Virus record (IMG/VR): IMGVR_UViG_3300023184_000171
Location: 1 to 52,254 of that record
Origin: a virus
Taxonomy: Duplodnaviria > Caudoviricetes
Length of the DNA stretch: 52,254 bases
Reading direction: 5' to 3' (one strand)
The notes under the pieces were generated by a model. The model searched no databases. It was not told the DNA's origin and saw nothing but the letters and a program-made list of their open reading frames with translations. Below are positions 8,645 to 15,732 of this stretch, one piece after another; the first letter of the stretch is position 1, and every line of letters begins with the position of its first letter. A program made the translations under genes and the position numbers.

Positions 8645-8741
8645 TCCCGCACTCGTGCGCCGTGACAGGGCGCACTGTGGGCGCGATTGCCCGTAACCTT
8701 AGGTGTGCATCACACACCTAATCACAGAGAGGAACAGCAGT

Positions 8742-9014
8742 ATGAAAAGGTACAAGCAACTCTTAGAGGACTACTACGCTGCGCTGGCGTGGCTGCACCT
8801 CGACTTCGCTGCGGGGGTAGACGACAACCTCGCATACATGAACACCCTCGTCGAGCGGGTGGGGGAATTGGAGTTGACGGATGACGAGTTGGACAGGCTC
8901 GACATGGCGTGGTCTATCAGCGAAAAGCTGAATGACTACTGGGATTTTGACATGGCGCTCTACCATATCGAATACATAGTCAGTTACCGTAACCACCTGA
9001 AAGGAACAGCATGA
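8742..9014 (+). CDS. Early acidic hypothetical protein
   Basis: ATG at 8742 with SD GAGG; 90 aa, D/E-rich. Confidence 0.65.
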   Translation: MKRYKQLLEDYYAALAWLHLDFAAGVDDNLAYMNTLVERVGELELTDDELDRLDMAWSISEKLNDYWDFDMALYHIEYIVSYRNHLKGTA

Positions 9015-9166
9015 AAGCAAAAGCTTGCACCACAACCGCGCCCCGATTCTGGGCATTACTCGTAGAGGTGAAAGCCTCTATGAACCCCGCGCTTAAGAAC
9101 GCGGAGATACCGCAACGAACCACGCTCACCGCACTACAGCGCCACCACGCCGCGAGGCGCACATGA
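9011..9166 (+). CDS. Small hypothetical protein
   Basis: ATGA overlaps at both ends, SD AAGGA; 51 aa (MKAKACTT...). Confidence 0.5.
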   Translation: MKAKACTTTAPRFWALLVEVKASMNPALKNAEIPQRTTLTALQRHHAARRT

Positions 9167-9303
9167 AATCTCTGATGCTAATTAGCTTCACGGGTTGGGC
9201 GGGTCTCTCGCTCAGCTTCCTCATACCAGAGGGCATGTGGCTGTGGCTTGCCATCTTCGGGGCATCCTGCTTCGGCCTATCGGCGGCGGTGATATTGGAC
9301 TAG
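9163..9303 (+). CDS. Small two-TM membrane protein
   Basis: MKSLMLISFTGWAGLSLSFLIPEGMWLWLAIFGASCFGLSAAVILD; ATGA-coupled, SD GAGG. Confidence 0.55.
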   Translation: MKSLMLISFTGWAGLSLSFLIPEGMWLWLAIFGASCFGLSAAVILD

Positions 9304-9451
9304 CACAACTCGCTGACAATCTGTCAGCGAGTTACCTGCACTGCGGCGTGGCACGACTCCTCACCCCCACGCCGCAGCAGTTAGGTGTGCTGTTCACACC
9401 TAACTAATTAGGTGTGCTGTTCACACCTAATCGTGAGTTACCATAACTCAC

Positions 9452-9840
9452 TACCAAAAAGGTCAATTGGACAATAGTCCACTATGTCCGGCATTTTTAG
9501 GGGTAGATGGGCGTAACTTTGTTCAATCAAATCAGGTAAGTCAGCGTCCACCTGTCCGGGATGCCCACATATATATATCCTTTTCCTTTTCTATATATAT
9601 AAGCAGCAACAAGTGGACGCTGGACTTGTCTCTCGCTTTGTCTTTTTCTTTTTCTTTGTTCCTTGGAAGTTAAAAAGACAAAAAACACGTAGACAGTGGA
9701 GACGCACACGCGCTAACCCCATGATGTTGTATACTGTATGCCCTGTCCACGAGCACACAGATTTGCCGGACTATTTCGTAATAAGTGGACTATTTTAGTT
9801 TTCCACGCCCCATTTCCCGGCATTTAGGTGGACTATTTTC
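9452..9840. other. Candidate replication origin or other cis-acting non-coding region
   Basis: AT-rich core (about 9568-9690) with (AT)n and T-tracts; GGACTATTT at 9768, 9787 and 9830 with an inverted copy at 9473; several GTCCAC/GTGGAC hexamers. Confidence 0.45.
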
Positions 9841-9859
9841 GTTACGGAGGGATAAAGCC

Positions 9860-10390
9860 ATGAACAAATACTGCCACACCTGCAAGAAAACCAAGCTGTT
9901 TAGGTGCTTCCGCTACACCTCGCAGCAGACACCCAACGCCGTGCCGCGCCGTCTATTCGGGCGTATGTGCAACGCTTGCCGCACCGCAGCGCTACTCAAA
10001 GACGAGCGCAAGCTGGAGACCGCCATCCAACGCGGCGAGGTTGGGCACGTTCAAGGAACGCTACTCTTGCAGAAGATGCGCTCCGAGGCTGCAACCCGCA
10101 AAGCCGAGTATCGGGCGCAGCAAGTTGAGCGGGCACTGGAGACGCATCGGCTGGGGCGTTACCTGACCCGTGAGTGCAACCTGCACAAACGCTCAACGGC
10201 TGAACTACGCGCAGCATACGAACTCGACCCCGCCGAGGCGCAAGCATACGAGGCGCACTACGCCGTGAAGCTGGCAGAGGGCAAGGATAAGTATGCGCGG
10301 CTCAAGGCGCGGGTAGCTAAGGGTGACCGCAAAGCCATCATCCTCTACGCCAGCCTAGACAGGGGGGAGGGAACGGTCACCCCGCGCTAA
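9860..10390 (+). CDS. Zinc-ribbon (CxxC...CxxC) basic protein
   Basis: SD GGAGG; CHTC...CNAC N-terminal motif; R/K-rich helical remainder. Confidence 0.65.
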   Translation: MNKYCHTCKKTKLFRCFRYTSQQTPNAVPRRLFGRMCNACRTAALLKDERKLETAIQRGEVGHVQGTLLLQKMRSEAATRKAEYRAQQVERALETHRLGRYLTRECNLHKRSTAELRAAYELDPAEAQAYEAHYAVKLAEGKDKYARLKARVAKGDRKAIILYASLDRGEGTVTPR

Positions 10391-10549
10391 CCACGCACGA
10401 CTCACCCCCCGCATTAGGTGTGCGCTTCACACCTAATTAGGTGTGCGTTTCACACCTAAACCAAACTTGCTGACATTTTGTCAGCGAGTTACTTGCTGAC
10501 ATTTTGTCAGCGAGTTATAGCACTACGTTTCACAACAAAGGAGAACCAC

Positions 10550-10750
10550 ATGAAGACGAAGAAAGTAAACCTGCGCACCATCCTCCGCGTGTCGGCCACC
10601 AACACCAAGTTTGGCTTGGTCAAGCGCATTGCCTACGTGCAAGGCAGCAACAAGAACGAGGCGCACTTCATCCACACCAGCAACGCCGACAACACCTGCA
10701 TCACTATCAAGCGCATCCCGAAGTGGCGCAACGCAAGCATCTATAACTAA
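10550..10750 (+). CDS. Small basic hypothetical protein
   Basis: ATG at 10550 with SD AAGGAG; 66 aa. Confidence 0.65.
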   Translation: MKTKKVNLRTILRVSATNTKFGLVKRIAYVQGSNKNEAHFIHTSNADNTCITIKRIPKWRNASIYN

Positions 10751-10760
10751 GGAGAAACAC

Positions 10761-11123
10761 ATGGACAAGATATCGAACTCGGTAGGGAAGGAAATCGCGG
10801 GGGTCACGCTGCTTGACAGCAGGTTGCACTTCGTCTTCACGGACAAGACGGAGATATACGTGGTTGATGACGGGCAGTCTTGTTGCGAGATGCGTTACAT
10901 GACCACGGACGACGAGTTGGATTCGTTTGTTGGGGCAAAGCTCCTTGGGCTGGAGGTTAAGGACGCGCCGTATGCGAAGGCAAGGTGTGAGGATGATGTG
11001 CATCAGGTGCAGTTCCTTGAAATACAGACGAACAAGGGTGTGTTCACGATGGCAAACCACAACGAACACAACGGGTGTTACGGTGGGTTTTACATTACGG
11101 TAGAGGAGAAACGACATGAGTAA
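10761..11123 (+). CDS. Conserved-type phage hypothetical protein (SCCE...HNEHNG.YGG)
   Basis: SD AAGGAG; the QSCCE.RYM and NHNEHNGCYGGF motifs recall a widespread phage family. Confidence 0.7.
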   Translation: MDKISNSVGKEIAGVTLLDSRLHFVFTDKTEIYVVDDGQSCCEMRYMTTDDELDSFVGAKLLGLEVKDAPYAKARCEDDVHQVQFLEIQTNKGVFTMANHNEHNGCYGGFYITVEEKRHE

Positions 11124-11574
11124 TAAATTGGACTGGACGAAGACGAATGCCGTGTGGAATGGCGAGGACTGGCTGTTCTACGAGGTGCCGCTGGAGGCTT
11201 GCCCTAACTGGGGCGGCACAACCTGCTTCAGTCGAAGTGAGTTGAACTACGAGGGTGACGACCCCGTTAAGGCGGTGGTTGCGCTGAGGTATTGGTGTGA
11301 CCACGGGGAGTCGCAGCCCAGTGAGGACTACCTTGACACTAGCGTTTTTGAGTTGCCGCTACTAAGCGACAGGTCTTCGCGCTTGGACAAGAGGGTGCTG
11401 TTGCGTAGTGCCGACATGATTGTAGTAGATTTTTGGTATGTGATGGGCATCAGCAGCACCTACTACGGCACCAAGATGCAAGCAGAAGTGGAGGCGCGTA
11501 AAGCGTTTCCAAATGAGGATGCGGGTAAGCGGTATGCCCGTGTGTTTTATAAAACGTTTTATCAGGAGGTATGA
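11116..11574 (+). CDS. Hypothetical protein
   Basis: 152-aa ORF with SD GAGGAG, overlapping the previous gene. Confidence 0.6.
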   Translation: MSNKLDWTKTNAVWNGEDWLFYEVPLEACPNWGGTTCFSRSELNYEGDDPVKAVVALRYWCDHGESQPSEDYLDTSVFELPLLSDRSSRLDKRVLLRSADMIVVDFWYVMGISSTYYGTKMQAEVEARKAFPNEDAGKRYARVFYKTFYQEV

Positions 11575-11575
11575 G

Positions 11576-11782
11576 ATGGGCGAACGATACGTGATATGGA
11601 CAGAGAAACGAAAGCAACACAGCAGCCCCTCCGGTGCGGTGTATTACAGCCGCGCCTTTGGCTGTTTCAGTAGTAAACACCGCGCAACGCGGTTTGAAAG
11701 TCTTGAAGCCGCGCTAGCCAAGGTAAGGCAATTACGTAGCGCAGCACCCAAATGGTTTATTCACGTAATCAAGGAGGTATGA
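11576..11782 (+). CDS. Hypothetical protein
   Basis: ATG at 11576 after SD AGGAGGT; 68 aa. Confidence 0.6.
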   Translation: MGERYVIWTEKRKQHSSPSGAVYYSRAFGCFSSKHRATRFESLEAALAKVRQLRSAAPKWFIHVIKEV

Positions 11783-11783
11783 A

Positions 11784-13340
11784 ATGAGAAAGCATCTGAG
11801 ATACACGGAACCAAAGCGCAGCCCCATCGGGCAGTTTCTGCAACGCGCCTACGACATCAAGGAGAACCGGGCGAACGCTCGACTGCTGGGCTTGGAGATA
11901 GCCAAGTCCGGGGTGATGAAGCACAAGCCCCTCATACCGCTCGCCGTCGTCGAGATGGTAACGGAGATATACGGGCGGTCAGCGTTGGCAACATCCGTGC
12001 GTAACTACGGCGAGCAGATGTTGAACGGGCTGCTCAAGTCCCTCTTGGGTGAGGAGATGGCGATAGCTATCGAGCGCGACGAAGCGCGGTTTGACAGTGG
12101 GTATTGGGGGAATGTTGCTTGGGCGCAGGAGTTCTGGTTCAGGAACAGCCCGCTTCGGTTGCTGCACTCACTGCACCTGCCGAGGGAGGAAGCAAATCGG
12201 GGGATGGTTGCGTTCGCTGAGTCCCCTGCCAAGCTGCTGGCTGACAAGTTCACGGTGATGAAGCCGGGGCGGTATCTGTCGCGGTTCTTCAGCGGCAAGC
12301 TGGAGGAGCGCACCATCAAGGTGTGGGCAGACAAGGTGGCTGCTGCTGGGATACCTCTCAGCCCGTTGCAGTTCATCGAGCATGACGACAGCGACGGGTG
12401 GATGCGGGTCTACAACGAGGGCTGCGACTCGTGCATGAAGGGACACGATGAGGTGCAGGTGTATGCACACCGTAAGAGCGTGTTGCGTCTGGCTTACCAG
12501 ATGAAGGGGACTGAGATAGTGACACGCGCTATCGTGCGGGAGGATACCGAGCCGAAGCAATACATCCGCGCCTACCCCAACACGACCAGCGACGAGAACC
12601 AGAAGCTGCACACTGCGATGGTGTCAGCACTGGAGGCGGCAGGGTATGAGCATGGCAACCTGAAGGGTGTGCTGCTGGACTCTATTGAGTATGAAGGGGA
12701 CAGCGACAGGTATACGTGCCCGTATCTGGACAGCGGCAACAGAGGCAGCTACGTCCACTTGACCGTCGTGCATGTGGAGGGGCGGGAGTATCTGCGGGTG
12801 GGCAACAGCGGGATGGATGGGCAGCAGCAGGACGGGTATGTGTCCGAGGAGGACATGCAGACTTGCGAGGACTGCGATGACACCATGCACGAGGACGAGA
12901 GTTGCTACATACCCTTCTGTGAGCGCACGGTGTGCGAGAGTTGCCGCGACAACAACTATACACACGCTATCGGACGGCGTGGGCATAGAGATTGGTATGA
13001 CAACAACGACTGTATCTATTGCGATAGCGATGGCGAGCACTATGTCGAGGAATACGCTAACGACAGGGGCGTGTATCAGTGCGAGGTCAGTGGTGATTGG
13101 TATGCGGAGGGTGACATGGTGACCACAAGCCGGGGCATGGTGCATACGGACAGGGCGGTGGAGTTGGATGTGGATGACAGCGACGGTAACTCGTGGGCTG
13201 CCGAGAGTGACACCGTGACTACGCACGACGGACGCGTGATACACGAGAACGATGCAGTGATGAGGACTGTTTACTTCCACAAGGATGATGAGATTCAGAA
13301 CGACCAGACGCCGGTGGTTGCGGCGCAACAAGTAGCTTAA
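11784..13340 (+). CDS. Large early protein with an SCM motif and a Cys-rich acidic C-terminus
   Basis: 518 aa, SD AAGGAGGT; GCDSCMKG, CPYLDSG and several CxxC-type motifs (CEDC, CESC, CIYC). Confidence 0.75.
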   Translation: MRKHLRYTEPKRSPIGQFLQRAYDIKENRANARLLGLEIAKSGVMKHKPLIPLAVVEMVTEIYGRSALATSVRNYGEQMLNGLLKSLLGEEMAIAIERDEARFDSGYWGNVAWAQEFWFRNSPLRLLHSLHLPREEANRGMVAFAESPAKLLADKFTVMKPGRYLSRFFSGKLEERTIKVWADKVAAAGIPLSPLQFIEHDDSDGWMRVYNEGCDSCMKGHDEVQVYAHRKSVLRLAYQMKGTEIVTRAIVREDTEPKQYIRAYPNTTSDENQKLHTAMVSALEAAGYEHGNLKGVLLDSIEYEGDSDRYTCPYLDSGNRGSYVHLTVVHVEGREYLRVGNSGMDGQQQDGYVSEEDMQTCEDCDDTMHEDESCYIPFCERTVCESCRDNNYTHAIGRRGHRDWYDNNDCIYCDSDGEHYVEEYANDRGVYQCEVSGDWYAEGDMVTTSRGMVHTDRAVELDVDDSDGNSWAAESDTVTTHDGRVIHENDAVMRTVYFHKDDEIQNDQTPVVAAQQVA

Positions 13341-13345
13341 GGAGA

Positions 13346-13669
13346 ATGAGTATGAAAACGAGTGAACTGCAAGGTGCTGCCCTTGATTGGGCGGTAGCGA
13401 AGTGCGAGGGAATTACTTTAGGGGTTGTGTATTACTTCCAACCATCAACAGATTGGGCACAAGGTGGCCCGATCATTGAGCGGGAGGAGATCAGCATTAC
13501 CAATGAAGCGGAGGGAAGATGGATCGGGGCTATTGATAACCCTGAAGCTGGTGGAGAATGGGACTGGCGCTGGAATCGGGTCGGCCCCACCCCACTCATC
13601 GCAGCCCTGCGTTGCTACGTTGCAAGCAAGTTGGGCGATGAGGTTGAAATCCCAGAGGAGTTGAAATAA
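13346..13669 (+). CDS. NinX/DUF2591-like phage protein
   Basis: L.GAALDWAVAKCEG, PSTDWAQGGPIIEREEI and GPTPLIAALRCYVASKLGDEVEIPEEL are family hallmarks. Confidence 0.8.
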   Translation: MSMKTSELQGAALDWAVAKCEGITLGVVYYFQPSTDWAQGGPIIEREEISITNEAEGRWIGAIDNPEAGGEWDWRWNRVGPTPLIAALRCYVASKLGDEVEIPEELK

Positions 13670-14667
13670 TGAAACGCTTACAAGCAATGCTGACCTACTG
13701 CCGTCCACACGGGGGTGAGGGTGAGAAGCAGTTCGTCAAGAGGTTCATCAAGCCATACAAACCGCTTGCCATGCTGGATGACAAGGGTGAGGTGATGGCG
13801 TGGTGTGTGCGGGTGGGGGACGCGCCTGTCCTGTGGTCGGGTCATGTTGATACGATGCACAAGCCCGATGCACCCGCTAAGCAATCAATCGTCTATGACG
13901 AGGGATGCGGCATGATTTACAAGGACGACAAGGTGATGCCGCTGGGTGCTGACAATGGCGCGGGTGTCTGGCTGATGCTGGAGATGCTGGATGCGGGTGT
14001 GCCGGGGACGTATCTCTTCCATCGTGGTGAGGAGCGCGGGGGTATCGGGTCGGGTGGCATAGCGAAGCACCACGAAGCGTTCCTCAAGCCGTTCAAGTAT
14101 GCCATCGCGTTCGACAGGCGGGGCACGGGGGATGTAATCACTGAGCAGATGTGCGGGGTGTGTTGCTCAGATGAGTTTGCGCTGGCACTCGCGGCACTAC
14201 TCAATACCAACGTGGCTATGGACTACAAGCCCGACAACACGGGCAGCTTCACTGACACCGCGAACTACATAGGCATCATCCCTGAATGCACCAACGTGAG
14301 CGTAGGGTATGACAACGAGCACACGCCCAACGAGACGCTGGATGTGTGGCACTTGATGCAGTTGCGCGATGCCGTGATAGCGGTCTTTAAAGCTGGCATC
14401 AGTTTGCCTGTGGTGCGCGACCCCAGCATAGTGGTAGACCGGTGGGGTGGCTTCGGTAGCTTCGGGGATAACTACGACTACCCGTTGTGCGCGGCAGAGG
14501 TGTTGGATATGCCGTTCAAAGACCTCATCAAGCTGGTGAAGACGACTCATCCAGAGGACATAGCGGAGTTGCTACTGTCACTGGCAGAGGAGGCAAGTGT
14601 AGCGGGGGCAGTGGAAGCAAACGATTCACAATACATGGAGAAAGATTATGCGCGGTATAGATATTGA
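13669..14667 (+). CDS. Zn-dependent M28/M20-like peptidase
   Basis: Metal-ligand motifs GHVDT, LGADN, GEERG, AFDR and C-terminal NEHT. Confidence 0.85.
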   Translation: MKRLQAMLTYCRPHGGEGEKQFVKRFIKPYKPLAMLDDKGEVMAWCVRVGDAPVLWSGHVDTMHKPDAPAKQSIVYDEGCGMIYKDDKVMPLGADNGAGVWLMLEMLDAGVPGTYLFHRGEERGGIGSGGIAKHHEAFLKPFKYAIAFDRRGTGDVITEQMCGVCCSDEFALALAALLNTNVAMDYKPDNTGSFTDTANYIGIIPECTNVSVGYDNEHTPNETLDVWHLMQLRDAVIAVFKAGISLPVVRDPSIVVDRWGGFGSFGDNYDYPLCAAEVLDMPFKDLIKLVKTTHPEDIAELLLSLAEEASVAGAVEANDSQYMEKDYARYRY

Positions 14668-14722
14668 TTGGTTCGTGGCAGGGTTGATAGTTGTAATGGT
14701 AGTTTTACTTGTAGTTCTTTAG
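14648..14722 (+). CDS. Putative 24-aa single-TM peptide
   Basis: MRGIDIDWFVAGLIVVMVVLLVVL with SD GGAG; fills the gap before 14732. Confidence 0.45.
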   Translation: MRGIDIDWFVAGLIVVMVVLLVVL

Positions 14723-14731
14723 GAGGATGAG

Positions 14732-14920
14732 ATGGATAAAGACCTGAAGTATCACGATTGCAATCGAAACGATTCATGGTGGGAGCATGATGGTAGGGGC
14801 ATACCGCTGTGTCGCGTATGCGACAAGTGTCGAGAAGTGAAGCTGTCCAAGTATCGGCCTGAGATACTGGAGTATTACACGCAGCATGATGTCGATGAAC
14901 AAATCGAAGCAAACTACTAG
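14732..14920 (+). CDS. Small Cys-containing hypothetical protein
   Basis: SD AGGAGG; DGRGIPLCRVCDKC motif. Confidence 0.65.
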   Translation: MDKDLKYHDCNRNDSWWEHDGRGIPLCRVCDKCREVKLSKYRPEILEYYTQHDVDEQIEANY

Positions 14921-14930
14921 GAGATTGACA

Positions 14931-15128
14931 ATGTATAAATACATCAGGATTCAAGCGATACCGGCACCGTTGTCTTTAGTGTTGGACGACGGCAGTGACT
15001 ACAACGTGGGGGTTGCGCGGGAGCGGGAGTTGGCGGAGTCAGCACCCTACTTGGTTGAGCGCATAAAACATCTGGAGTTTTTGGTTGCGGGTCTGCGGAA
15101 AGATAACGACGAGGCAGATGAAGCCTGA
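14931..15128 (+). CDS. Hypothetical protein
   Basis: ATG at 14931 after SD AGGAG; 65 aa. Confidence 0.55.
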   Translation: MYKYIRIQAIPAPLSLVLDDGSDYNVGVARERELAESAPYLVERIKHLEFLVAGLRKDNDEADEA

Positions 15129-15129
15129 G

Positions 15130-15285
15130 TCACGGCAGGTAGCCCGTGAACGGTAGCGAAACCGAGTTGATGCAGAAGGAAAGCATCTAGCGTGGATGAG
15201 CCGGTGTTTGACCAGACCGAGCCGGTAAGGAACTCGCAGCACGAAATGGCGCACCTAAAACTAACGCCCCTACGGTGCATGGGGC
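15130..15285 (+). ncRNA. Candidate structured RNA
   Basis: Intergenic stretch with several short hairpins, a long-range pairing (CGAGTT/AACTCG) and a possible pseudoknot (GCACC/GGTGC). Confidence 0.35.
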
Positions 15286-15302
15286 TTATCAAAGGAGAGG
15301 AA

Positions 15303-15482
15303 ATGAGCGTTAAATTTGAAGTGTGTTACCCGTCCACCGCGACGGTAGTTAAATCCTTCAGGACATTGAAGGCCGCGAAACAGTTTGCCAAGAACATGAC
15401 AGAGAAGGACTTGCCATTCCTTGTCATGCCGTGGGACGAAGGCTGCTGTCCGATAATCAAACGAACGGAGGTAAGAGTATGA
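15303..15482 (+). CDS. Hypothetical protein
   Basis: ATG at 15303 after AAGGAGAGG; 59 aa. Confidence 0.55.
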   Translation: MSVKFEVCYPSTATVVKSFRTLKAAKQFAKNMTEKDLPFLVMPWDEGCCPIIKRTEVRV

Positions 15483-15658
15483 GAGCACACGATTGGGAGG
15501 AGGCGTTAGACCAAGTTGTTGAAGAGAAACATAAATTGCGCTGTGCCCTGATGGACATCCTGTTGACGTGGTATCTGACTACAGGATTGGCCTCAATGGA
15601 GAACGCATTACACCGGGCAAAGGAGGTGCTCGACGCTACGGATGCAAAGCATTCTTAA
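15479..15658 (+). CDS. Hypothetical protein
   Basis: ATGA overlap, SD GGAGGT; 59 aa. Confidence 0.55.
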   Translation: MRAHDWEEALDQVVEEKHKLRCALMDILLTWYLTTGLASMENALHRAKEVLDATDAKHS

Positions 15659-15668
15659 TGTATAACGC

Positions 15669-15698
15669 TTGACAGGGGGGGATTCTCTCCCCTAGACT
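15669..15698 (+). promoter_or_regulatory. Sigma70-like promoter upstream of the MoxR operon
   Basis: TTGACA (15669-15674), an 18-nt spacer, then TAGACT (15693-15698). Confidence 0.6.
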
Positions 15699-15732
15699 TA
15701 CCAAAAAACAATTCACAACAAGGAGCATCACA

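Larger units (their letters stand above)
7912..10459. repeat. Dispersed palindrome (T)TAGGTGTG-N5-CACACCTA(A), 7 copies
   Basis: Copies at 7912-7932, 8358-8380, 8699-8721, 9381-9403, 9408-9430, 10414-10436 and 10437-10459. Confidence 0.95.
9307..10516. repeat. Second palindrome family ACT(C/T)GCTGACA-N3-TGTCAGCGAGT, 3 copies
   Basis: A perfect 12-bp inverted repeat at 9307-9333, and a tandem 26-bp duplication at 10465-10490 and 10491-10516. Confidence 0.9.

Noticed and set aside
7912-10459. Palindromic repeats as a CRISPR array
   Set aside because: Spacing is irregular (0 to about 980 bp), the intervals contain genes, and there is no cas operon.
15130-15285. tRNA, hammerhead ribozyme or c-di-GMP riboswitch
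   Set aside because: No cloverleaf with a TTCRA T-loop, no CTGANGA core with a matching GAAA stem, and no GEMM consensus. Kept only as an unclassified structured RNA candidate.
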